Assembly: GCF_018398935.1 (NCBI RefSeq) | Contig: NZ_CP074694.1 | Location: 5,550,001 to 5,582,000 of the forward strand | Length of the DNA stretch: 32,000 nt | Direction: 5' to 3' | Origin: Telmatocola sphagniphila | GTDB taxonomy: Bacteria > Planctomycetota > Planctomycetia > Gemmatales > Gemmataceae | Shown: one piece after another, positions 15,750-24,019 of the stretch | Numbering within the stretch: position 1 is the first letter of the stretch | How the letters are laid out: each line of letters begins with the position of its first letter | Made by a program: the position numbers and the translations under genes | The notes under the pieces: model-generated | The model's input: the letters and a program-made list of their open reading frames with translations, nothing else | Databases searched by the model: none | Told to the model about the DNA's origin: nothing

Positions 15750-17501
15750 ATGCTGAGTGCGGAAACAATTCGATCGCTTTTGCCGGTGCTGTTCGGTCTG
15801 CCTCTGGTGGCCGCACTGATCGTCAAACTATTTGGACAGAAACAGTCCCAGGCGCGAAGTCTGGCTCTGGTGTTCGCTCTGGTTCACCTGGGTCTGACGG
15901 TCGATGTGATTCTATCGGCGTATCTGCCCCTGAATTCCCGTCCGCTCGATCCGAATCCTGTGACGCGCCACAGCCCGATTTTCCTGCCGGAATTTGTGCC
16001 GGGTGATCCGGGCAGCGGCCATAAAGCTTCGGAGATTATCTCCACCGATGTGGATTCGCACACGACGACGTACAACTTGCTGCGATTCAGTGATGTGGAT
16101 GCCACAGGGGCTTTGAAGAATCCCAAAATGAAGAGCATTCAGTTCTTCATCGGTCTGGATGGTTTGAATGTCTGGATGCTCGGGCTAACCAGTCTGATCA
16201 TGCTTTCGATCGTGCTGGTGTCCTGGTCGGGCATCCAGGAAAACGCCGGCTCGTTCTATGCCTGGATATTCGCATTGCAAGCGGGGGCAATCGGTGTGTT
16301 TCTCGCCTTCGACATCATTCTTTTCTACGTTTGCTTTGAATTAACGCTGATTCCGCTCTTCTTCCTGATTGGCAATTGGGGCGTGGGTCCCACCCGCCGG
16401 GAAGCGGCCCGCAAACTCTTCCTCTACACTCTGGGCGGTGGATTGATCACGCTGGTCGGTATCGCGGGTGCGGTACTGATGGTCTACAACCACACGGGAA
16501 TCCTGACCTTTTCAATTCCCGAACTGTCGGAGAGCGTTTCGCAGATGCTCAGCAAGGCGGACGGCAATACCGTCGCCGGTGCTCGGACTTTGCAGATCTT
16601 CCTGTTCCTGGCTCTGGCCGTCGGATTCGCGGTCAAGATTCCGCTGGTGCCATTGCACACCTGGCTGCCGGGGGCTTATTCGGAAGCGCCCATCGGTGTT
16701 ACGGTCATGCTCTCGGCGATTCTCGCCAAGATGGGAACTTTCGGCCTCTTGCGAATTTGTCTGCCGCTGGCTCCCGATGCGACCTTGGTCGTCGGGGTGC
16801 CCTTGCTCGGTGTGATGGGAGCGGTGGGCATCGTCTACGGTGCATTCTGTGCGTTCGCTCAAAGCGACTTCAAAAAACTGGTTGCTTACAGTTCCGTAAG
16901 TCACCTCGGTTTCGTTGCTCTGGCCCTGGTGGCCTTCAATCATGAAGGCATGTCCGGGGGCATGCTGCATATGGTCAACCACGGCCTCTCGACCGGGGCG
17001 ATGTTCATTCTGGTGGGTCTGCTAATCGACCGCTACGGGACGACTCGCATCGTGGATTACTCCGGTATGTGGGCCAAGCTACCTAAGCTGACCTTCTTCA
17101 TGATGGTGATAGCCCTGGCTAGCGTCGGTCTGCCCGGTCTGAACAACTTCATCTCGGAAATGCTGATGCTCTTCGGGTTGTTCGATCTGCGCAACGCCAA
17201 CGTCACCACCATTTCTTTTGGAGTGGTGGGAGGCTTCGGCATCTTCCTCAGTGCCTGGTACACGCTGACGCTGGTACAGCGCGTCTTCTTCGGCCCGCTG
17301 CGCGAACCGGCTCCCGCCGTGCAGGGCGCGATCGTTAAAGATCTGAATCGCCGGGAATACTGGGCCATTGCCCCTTTGGCTCTGGGTTGCCTGCTTTTGG
17401 GAATTTTCCCCCAGGTCATTCTGACGACCATGGATCGGGATATCAAGGCCTTGACGATAGTCGCCGATGAAGCACGGCATCGTGCAGACCACGGCAAGTA
17501 A
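15750..17501 (+). CDS. nuoM: NADH-quinone oxidoreductase subunit M
   Basis: 583 aa. KIPLVPLHTWLPGAYSEAP and MLHMVNHGLSTGAMF are NuoM/ND4 signatures. Confidence 0.95.
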   Translation: MLSAETIRSLLPVLFGLPLVAALIVKLFGQKQSQARSLALVFALVHLGLTVDVILSAYLPLNSRPLDPNPVTRHSPIFLPEFVPGDPGSGHKASEIISTDVDSHTTTYNLLRFSDVDATGALKNPKMKSIQFFIGLDGLNVWMLGLTSLIMLSIVLVSWSGIQENAGSFYAWIFALQAGAIGVFLAFDIILFYVCFELTLIPLFFLIGNWGVGPTRREAARKLFLYTLGGGLITLVGIAGAVLMVYNHTGILTFSIPELSESVSQMLSKADGNTVAGARTLQIFLFLALAVGFAVKIPLVPLHTWLPGAYSEAPIGVTVMLSAILAKMGTFGLLRICLPLAPDATLVVGVPLLGVMGAVGIVYGAFCAFAQSDFKKLVAYSSVSHLGFVALALVAFNHEGMSGGMLHMVNHGLSTGAMFILVGLLIDRYGTTRIVDYSGMWAKLPKLTFFMMVIALASVGLPGLNNFISEMLMLFGLFDLRNANVTTISFGVVGGFGIFLSAWYTLTLVQRVFFGPLREPAPAVQGAIVKDLNRREYWAIAPLALGCLLLGIFPQVILTTMDRDIKALTIVADEARHRADHGK

Positions 17502-17540
17502 GCTTACACGCGGACACTACATTTGATTTTTGAGAGAGAC

Positions 17541-19115
17541 ATGCTCGAACTGTTTGCTGCAACCCCGACGCTCATCGATGTCAAAGTCGATCAAACGCTG
17601 CGCTCGGTATTTCCGCTGATCGTTCCGGAACTGATCCTCCTGGCGACTGCCTGCGTTCTGTTCCTGCTGTCAACGGTGAAGTCGAACCGCGTCGTCGCTG
17701 CCACCATATCCGTACTCGGTCTACTCACCGCATTGAACGTTCATCTGTTTCTGATCGATCAATCCAAGCATGCCGAGGCTTTGATACCGACAGTCGCACC
17801 GATACTGGGCGATTCGTTGGCCCACTTCGTTCGCGGGGTGTCTCTGGTGGCCGGGCTTTTGCTGGTGCTGATGGGCTGGAACGATACCAGTGATCGGCGA
17901 GCCGCCGACCACTATGCCTGCCTGTTGTGCGCGATTACCGGTCTTTCACTGGTCGCTAGTGCCAACGATCTGATTTTTCTCTTTCTGGCTCTGGAACTGA
18001 TCAGTATCCCGACTTATGTCCTGCTTTATCTGCCGCGCTACGAAGATCAGGTTTCGCAGGAAGCCGCGATCAAATACTTCCTGATGAGTATTCTTTCCTC
18101 GGCCATGCTGCTGTTTGGCTTCAGCTACCTGTATGGGCTGACTGGCACCACGAACCTCAAGGCTCTGGTGGAAATTCTGCCGCGCATGGTCGCGGGCGAT
18201 CAGGTGAATATGGCCTTGATTGCCATCGTGCTCTGTCTGGCCGGTTTAGGCTTCAAGATTACTGCGTTCCCGTTCCACTTTTATGCCCCGGATGTGTATC
18301 AGGGGGGACCGACGGGTGTCGTGGCGATGCTGGCGTTCGTTCCCAAGATGGCGGGGTTTGTGGCTCTGACGAAATTATTTGGTTCCTTCGCCGAAATGAT
18401 GGAAGCTTCCCCGGTGTTTATCCAGAGACTGATGCTGTTGCTCTGGATCTTCTCCGCGGTCACCATGACCATGGGGAACGTACTGGCTCTTTTGCAAACC
18501 AACCTCAAGCGCATGCTGGCTTATTCCAGCGTGGCCCATACTGGCTATATGCTGATGGGGCTGGCGGTTCTCCCCACTCAGGCTTACCGAGCGGAAGGAA
18601 GCACCGCCGTGATTCAGGGGAACGAAGCGATTTACTTCTATCTGATTTGCTACGGAATCATGACGATCGGTGCGTTCGCCAGCATTGCTTACTTGAATTC
18701 GAGGGAACGGCCGGTCGAAACGATTGAAGATTTGTCCGGCTTACACGAAACGCAACCCTGGTCGGCCGCTACGCTAACTCTGTTTTTGTTCAGCATGATC
18801 GGCTTGCCCCTGACGGCGGGTTTCGTGGCCAAGTTCCTGCTGTTCCTCGGCGCCATGTCGACTCCGGCCGCCGCTCCGCTGAAAGGAATGTATCCGATCC
18901 TGGCTCTGGTCGCCGCCGTGAACGCCGCCATCGCCGCGTTCTACTATCTGCGGATCGTCGGCGTGATGTACCTGCGAAGTTCGTTCAATCCCGTGAAGCC
19001 AACTCCGGCCGGTTCGATTCAGATTTGCATTACCATTTGTGCTATTCTGACGCTGGTATTCGGGATCTTCCCCTCGGCTCTGTTCCAACAGGCGAAGGTC
19101 GCCGTCGGGCCCTAA
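17541..19115 (+). CDS. nuoN: NADH-quinone oxidoreductase subunit N
   Basis: FKITAFPFHFYAPDVYQGGPT and KRMLAYSSVAHTGYM are NuoN/ND2 signatures. The track start is TTG 17523, but ATG 17541 preceded by GAGAGAG is preferred. Confidence 0.92.
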   Translation: MLELFAATPTLIDVKVDQTLRSVFPLIVPELILLATACVLFLLSTVKSNRVVAATISVLGLLTALNVHLFLIDQSKHAEALIPTVAPILGDSLAHFVRGVSLVAGLLLVLMGWNDTSDRRAADHYACLLCAITGLSLVASANDLIFLFLALELISIPTYVLLYLPRYEDQVSQEAAIKYFLMSILSSAMLLFGFSYLYGLTGTTNLKALVEILPRMVAGDQVNMALIAIVLCLAGLGFKITAFPFHFYAPDVYQGGPTGVVAMLAFVPKMAGFVALTKLFGSFAEMMEASPVFIQRLMLLLWIFSAVTMTMGNVLALLQTNLKRMLAYSSVAHTGYMLMGLAVLPTQAYRAEGSTAVIQGNEAIYFYLICYGIMTIGAFASIAYLNSRERPVETIEDLSGLHETQPWSAATLTLFLFSMIGLPLTAGFVAKFLLFLGAMSTPAAAPLKGMYPILALVAAVNAAIAAFYYLRIVGVMYLRSSFNPVKPTPAGSIQICITICAILTLVFGIFPSALFQQAKVAVGP

Positions 19116-19145
19116 AAAGCGGCTTTTAAAATTTCTGCAATACAA

Positions 19146-19197
19146 AGCGAATGATTCCGCCTCCTGCGTGCGGAGTTCATTCGCTTTTGTTTTTTTC
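19146..19197 (+). terminator. rho-independent terminator of the nuo operon
   Basis: AGCGAATGAtTCCGC (19146-19160) pairs with GCGGAgtTCATTCGCT (19170-19185) as 9 + 5 bp with a small internal bulge. TTTGTTTTTTT follows. Confidence 0.75.
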
Positions 19198-19338
19198 TCC
19201 ATTCTTGAAACTCGCTTATTATGAGAGCCTCAAATTTAGGCGGGAATCAATAAGCTCCGGCGCGCACTTTGTATATAGTGTTGAAAGGAAGCGATTGTAC
19301 TGCTTCTCAGCCACGTTTCATTGATTGGTGAAGTGTCC

Positions 19339-19698
19339 ATGCCACAATCCCACGCTTCTTCTGATGAACGCAGGAGTTCTCCTCGCGTTCGGCCTGCGCT
19401 CAATACCATCTTTCGGATCGAATCCGATGAGAAGAAGTCTAGACCCATAACTGGATTAGTCTGGGACCTGTCTCTCACCGGATTGAGCATGCTACAGGGA
19501 ACTTCGCCGAAGCCGGGTGAGATTCTGGCCGGGGAGTTGATCCGGGAAGGGGTGGCGGAGCCCATACCGATTATCCTGCGGGTCATTCAGGTTCGTCTGG
19601 CCCCGGCGGGAGATTTTCTGGTGGGGGCACAATTTCTGCGACCGTTGAGCCCGGAAGAATTTCGCGTACTGGTCGAATCTTCGGCGAGCAATACCTGA
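19339..19698 (+). CDS. PilZ domain protein (c-di-GMP binding type)
   Basis: RRSSPR (RxxxR) and DLSLTG (D/NxSxxG) occur at the expected spacing. ATG 19339 is preferred over TTG 19321. Confidence 0.7.
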   Translation: MPQSHASSDERRSSPRVRPALNTIFRIESDEKKSRPITGLVWDLSLTGLSMLQGTSPKPGEILAGELIREGVAEPIPIILRVIQVRLAPAGDFLVGAQFLRPLSPEEFRVLVESSASNT

Positions 19699-19713
19699 GG
19701 AAGCTTGGCGACC

Positions 19714-20118
19714 ATGTCCTCCCGATTTGTCGAGACCATTGCCGTTCAGCAGACCGATATCGACGTACAGGGACACGTCAATAATGTGGCTTTCCTGCGT
19801 CTGGTTCAGGATATTGCCGTTAAACATTGGCTGCATGTTGCTTCGGCCGAGCTGAAGTCCGCCTATACCTGGGTAGTCCGCAAGCACGAGATCGAGTATC
19901 TCTCGCCGGGCTTACCGGGCGACGAGCTCGAGTTGACCACTTGGGTCGGCGAACCTTCGGCCGCTACCTGGGAGCGATTCACGGAAATCAAGCGAGCGAG
20001 TGATAGCCGTTTACTGGTGAAGGCGCGCACGCTCTGGGTTTTACTGGATGCCGGGACCGGCCGACCCCGGCGCGTCGACCAGCGCTTTCTCGATAGCTTC
20101 ACGGCTTCGCCATCCTAA
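19714..20118 (+). CDS. acyl-CoA thioesterase, 4HBT (YbgC-like) hot-dog fold
   Basis: VQQTDIDVQGHVNNVAFLRLVQDIAVKHW is the typical 4HBT N-terminal catalytic-Asp motif. The start is either ATG 19714 or TTG 19705. Confidence 0.75.
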   Translation: MSSRFVETIAVQQTDIDVQGHVNNVAFLRLVQDIAVKHWLHVASAELKSAYTWVVRKHEIEYLSPGLPGDELELTTWVGEPSAATWERFTEIKRASDSRLLVKARTLWVLLDAGTGRPRRVDQRFLDSFTASPS

Positions 20119-20230
20119 GCCCTAATACAACGGTAGCTCTTTTGTAAAACCGTTTTCATTTTCAGATGATTTCGCTGGCCCGGTTTAGTACAATTTTCGC
20201 AAATCTCTTTTATCAATTCCTGGAAGCAAA

Positions 20231-22828
20231 ATGCCTACCGTCATCAATGGAGTCGGAACCTGGTATTACGGAAAGCGTAACGTTCACGGCTTCAAGTCGA
20301 TTTGCGAATTCTGCAATCGCGCGGGCGTTCTGGAATCGTACGATACGACGCTTTTCTTTGTCGTCGTATTCGTTCCCATTATCCCGCTCAATAAACAACG
20401 CATCATCAAGCGCTGCCCCAGCTGTCAGAAACATCGCGTGCTCGGTCTCAAGCAGTGGCAGAAAATAAAAAATGAAAGCGTGACGGAAGCCTTGGGTAAG
20501 GTGACTCAGAATCCGCACGACAGCGACGCCATCAGCAATGCCTTGTTGACCGCCAGCAGCTTCCAGGACGAGGAATTATTTGAAAAACTAATCGTCCTGA
20601 GCGAAGGAAAAACCGGCGATGCCAAGGTCCAGGCGGCCCTGGGCTCCGCGTACGGCTATTTCAATCGACGCGAGGAAGCGATTGAGGCGCTCAAGAACTC
20701 GCTGCGAGCCCGCGACGATAATTCGGTTCGAGAACTGCTGGCCGACAATTATCTGCGCAAAGGAGAACCAGAGAACGCGCGTCCTCTTTACCAGCACGTC
20801 TTCGATGAACGGAAGGGGGAGTCCGTCTGGCTTCCCAATAATGCGATAGAGACCTGTCAGCGGCTCGGCATGCATCAGGAAGCGCTCGAGATCATGGAGG
20901 CTCGGGAAGCCGCCTTCCCCGAATATGCGCGGCAGAAACCCTTTTTGAAACAGAAAGCGGTTTCGCAGAAAAATCTGACTACCGGTAAGCGGATCGCCAC
21001 GGCACATCTGATCGACAGCGAGCAGGTTCGCAATCGTCCTACCAGCTCGAGCCGTCGGCCTTACATCGTACTTCCGGCCATACTACTTCTCGGATTTCTG
21101 ATCTACGTCAGCATTGCTTTCTGGAAGGGGCAGAATCGCAAAATTTATCTCGTGAACGGCAGTTCCAAAGCTTACGAGGTAGCCGTGAATGGCGAGAAGG
21201 TCTCATTGAATCCAAATCGCGTGACGCCGTATACCGTTGCCGAAGGAACGGTCCGGGTCGAAGTGCCTGCCCCGGAATTGAAAATCGATGCTGTCGAAGG
21301 CCAGGTGGAAACGCCCTTCTGGGAACGGCCTTTCACCAATCCGGTCTTCGTCTTTAACCCGGATGGTCTGGGATTAATCGAGGAAGAAACCGCGACCTAT
21401 GCCCTCAATAATCCGCCCCCCAATAGCGTACCTAACGTCCATTTCGGCAAGGGATTTTATCAGCTCATCCCGGTCGACTATGAATTCGAACCTTTCCCCG
21501 CGAGCCTGACGGTGAAGGGAAGCCAGACGGTTACCAAGAAGCGGGTGTACTTCGAGCCGGTGGGTACGACCGAAGCCCTGCTCAACCGATTGGAAACTAT
21601 CCAGATACCGGCCGAGCAGATTGAACTCGCCAAACGGCGAGCCCGCTTGCAGCCCGACGATTTCGTCATGCTCGGTTGGCTGAAGCTGAAACTCCCGCCG
21701 GCTGAGATGGTGGACTTTCTCAAAGAGAGGCTCGAGGACAAGCCCATTCTGGTCGATTGGCACCGCGTCTATCAGATGTCGCGCTTTCAACTCGATCCCA
21801 AAGTCGATTTGCGTTCGGAATACGAACAGCGCGTCAAAAGTGATCCGAATCCGGATGCGAAATATTTACTCGCCCGTATTAGCGACGATCCGGAAGCCGC
21901 CCGGCTGATGGAAGAATCTTCGAAGAGTACGCCGCCCTCGGCGTATTCCCAGTATTCGCTCGGTTACCGCTATCTTGCGCTCGGGCAATTTCCCGAAGCG
22001 ATTCAATGGCTCGACTCCGCCGTGAAGCTCAAGCCCGCCAATGTGCAGTTTCAAAATGTCCTCTGGAATGCGTATCTGGCCGCCGGGCAATACGATAAAT
22101 TTCAGTCCGCTCTCGATCAGTCGAACGCCACAGCACCCACTGCTAGACTGTTATTGAAACTCCAGGCGGCCGCGCGGAAAAATGATCTGGTTCTGATGCA
22201 GAATCTGAGAAATCAATTTACGGCTCTGGTTCGGGGACCTGTTGCGAACCCGGCTATGAATCCTGCCCTGGCCAAACTCAATCAGGCGCTCGATTTGACC
22301 GTGGCCCTGGCGGCGGGAAACATCAATCGTTTCATGGCTCTGAGTCGCGACGTCGAAAGTCAATCGACCTTTGCTTATCAATTTCTGACCGAGAAATATC
22401 AGGAAGCTTCGACCTACATCGATGCCCGCGATGGGCGATCGGCGATTGAATATTGGGGCTTGTTGAATCTGGCCGCCCGCAAAAAGAAGAATCAGATTCT
22501 GGAGAACGAGTCCTGGAAGCAACTTCAGGAGTTGATGTCCCACGAGGATCGACAGCTGGCCCGGGCCGCTGAGCTGCTGAAGTCGAACGATGAATCGGCA
22601 CCCAAACAACTGCTAAATCTGTACGTCGAACCCGACATTAAGCGAGTGTTGCTTCTGATTGCGGCGGATCGCACACCCAATCAAGCGACGGAACTACGAA
22701 CCTTGGCGTTGAAGCTCAACTATATGCCGGATGTCACTGCGCTTTGCATAAAGAAAATCAGCGATGAGAAACCCGCCGTTAAACTCCCCCGCCGGCCGGA
22801 TATCAAGTTGCCCGACAAAAAGCCTTAA
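20231..22828 (+). CDS. large membrane protein: split 4-Cys zinc-ribbon-like N-terminus, TM segments, TPR-like helical repeats
   Basis: 865 aa. C25-x2-C28 and C62-x2-C65 flank a hydrophobic segment (TTLFFVVVFVPIIPL). A second TM lies near residues 285-305 (YIVLPAILLLGFLIYVSIAFW). TPR-like A/L/Y-rich repeats occur at both ends. No family was recognised. Confidence 0.8.
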   Translation: MPTVINGVGTWYYGKRNVHGFKSICEFCNRAGVLESYDTTLFFVVVFVPIIPLNKQRIIKRCPSCQKHRVLGLKQWQKIKNESVTEALGKVTQNPHDSDAISNALLTASSFQDEELFEKLIVLSEGKTGDAKVQAALGSAYGYFNRREEAIEALKNSLRARDDNSVRELLADNYLRKGEPENARPLYQHVFDERKGESVWLPNNAIETCQRLGMHQEALEIMEAREAAFPEYARQKPFLKQKAVSQKNLTTGKRIATAHLIDSEQVRNRPTSSSRRPYIVLPAILLLGFLIYVSIAFWKGQNRKIYLVNGSSKAYEVAVNGEKVSLNPNRVTPYTVAEGTVRVEVPAPELKIDAVEGQVETPFWERPFTNPVFVFNPDGLGLIEEETATYALNNPPPNSVPNVHFGKGFYQLIPVDYEFEPFPASLTVKGSQTVTKKRVYFEPVGTTEALLNRLETIQIPAEQIELAKRRARLQPDDFVMLGWLKLKLPPAEMVDFLKERLEDKPILVDWHRVYQMSRFQLDPKVDLRSEYEQRVKSDPNPDAKYLLARISDDPEAARLMEESSKSTPPSAYSQYSLGYRYLALGQFPEAIQWLDSAVKLKPANVQFQNVLWNAYLAAGQYDKFQSALDQSNATAPTARLLLKLQAAARKNDLVLMQNLRNQFTALVRGPVANPAMNPALAKLNQALDLTVALAAGNINRFMALSRDVESQSTFAYQFLTEKYQEASTYIDARDGRSAIEYWGLLNLAARKKKNQILENESWKQLQELMSHEDRQLARAAELLKSNDESAPKQLLNLYVEPDIKRVLLLIAADRTPNQATELRTLALKLNYMPDVTALCIKKISDEKPAVKLPRRPDIKLPDKKP

Positions 22829-22898
22829 GAGGGTGACCTGAACGAAGCGATCTTAATTGGAACAGTGTGAATCTCCGCGGACATATTTTCCCATTCCC

Positions 22899-22927
22899 TT
22901 GATCGAACCCGCGTCCGACGAGACAAT
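22899..22927 (+). promoter_or_regulatory. candidate promoter giving a leaderless SRAP mRNA
   Basis: TTGATC (22899-22904), a 17-nt spacer, then GACAAT (22922-22927). The ATG at 22934 lies 7 nt after the -10 box, and there is no SD-like sequence. Confidence 0.3.
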
Positions 22928-22933
22928 AGCTAA

Positions 22934-23635
22934 ATGTGCGGACGATTTACCCAATACAACCATCGACGTCTTCTGGCCCGGCTCCATCAACTGGGGCTCG
23001 ACGAAGACGATATCGACAGTCCCTATTACAACCTCTCTCCCTCGCAGCTCATCCTGGCCGTGCGTCGGGTTATCGATCACAACGAAATTGCCCGGCTGCG
23101 CTGGGGCCTGATTCCCAGCTGGGCCAAAGATACTAGCATCGGCTACAAGACGATCAATGCCCGTTGCGAAACTATTCACGAAAAACCGGCCTTTCGCTCC
23201 GCCTTCAAACATCGCCGTTGTCTCATCCCGGCCGATGGCTTCTACGAATGGAAGCAGGTGAAGCCCAAGACGCCCTACTTTGTTTACCGGGCCGATAAAG
23301 AACCGATGGTCTTTGCCGGCCTCTGGGAAAGCTGGACCAGTCCCGAAGGGGAGATCATCGAATCCTGCTCGATTGTAACCACCGAAGCGAGCGAGATTAT
23401 CAAGCCGCTGCACGAGCGCATGCCGGTGATGGTCGAACCGGAGAATTTCGAACGCTGGCTCGACCCGGCCATTACTACCCGGGAAAAATTAGAAGATCTT
23501 TTCCTCACGCCGCCCTCTCAATTGCTGGCGCTGCATCCGGTCAGTGCCTTGGTCAATAGCCCGCGCAATCAAGGGCCGGCGCTGATCGAGGCCGTGGAGG
23601 AACCGACCCAACAGGGTTCTTTATTTCCTGATTAA
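22934..23635 (+). CDS. SOS response-associated peptidase (SRAP; YedK/HMCES family)
   Basis: 233 aa. It starts MCGRF (catalytic Cys2) and has RWGLIPSW, INARCET, CLIPADGFYEW and PLHERMPV, so all four canonical SRAP motifs are present. Confidence 0.92.
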   Translation: MCGRFTQYNHRRLLARLHQLGLDEDDIDSPYYNLSPSQLILAVRRVIDHNEIARLRWGLIPSWAKDTSIGYKTINARCETIHEKPAFRSAFKHRRCLIPADGFYEWKQVKPKTPYFVYRADKEPMVFAGLWESWTSPEGEIIESCSIVTTEASEIIKPLHERMPVMVEPENFERWLDPAITTREKLEDLFLTPPSQLLALHPVSALVNSPRNQGPALIEAVEEPTQQGSLFPD

Positions 23636-23788
23636 TCCTTTCAATATCTTCGCATTCACAAATTAAAGTTTGTTATTAGTTTTCTCATGTCCTTAGTTCG
23701 CGTTCTCTCGGCGCGTCATTTGCATTCTTTTCCTCCCGATCGCCCCGATGTTCGCACTGAGCGGGATTGCGCACTCGTTTGCTCAAGA

Positions 23789-24001
23789 ATGAAAACCGTG
23801 ACTCCTAAAAATACTCCCCCGGATCCCATTCAGACCGCTTCAGAAGACTCTTTTCCGGGAAGCGATTCTCCCTCTTGGACTCCATTAACGGGCGTCGGCT
23901 CTCCCGGGAGAGAGCACCCCGTTACCGAACCGCCACACAACACGGATGTCGAGACGGAGAATGCGCAGAAACCCGCTGCCACCGAAAAACTCAGGGAATA
24001 A
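23789..24001 (+). CDS. small Pro/Thr/Ser/Glu-rich hypothetical protein (probably disordered)
   Basis: The frame is open from ATG 23687 (104 aa). An internal ATG at 23789 gives 70 aa (MKTVTPKNTPPDPIQTASEDSFPGSDSPSW...). It ends 18 nt before the ccoN-like ATG. It has no TM segment and no recognised motif, so its coding status is uncertain. Confidence 0.35.
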   Translation: MKTVTPKNTPPDPIQTASEDSFPGSDSPSWTPLTGVGSPGREHPVTEPPHNTDVETENAQKPAATEKLRE

Positions 24002-24019
24002 TTATCCGGGTGTCTAAGT

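Noticed and set aside
20166-20518. ORFs 20166-20468(+) and 20213-20518(-) overlapping the 5' end of the 865-aa gene
   Set aside because: They are alternative-frame or antisense readings of the same DNA. The 865-aa frame has a coherent domain structure and an AAAATG start context, while the others have no recognisable features.
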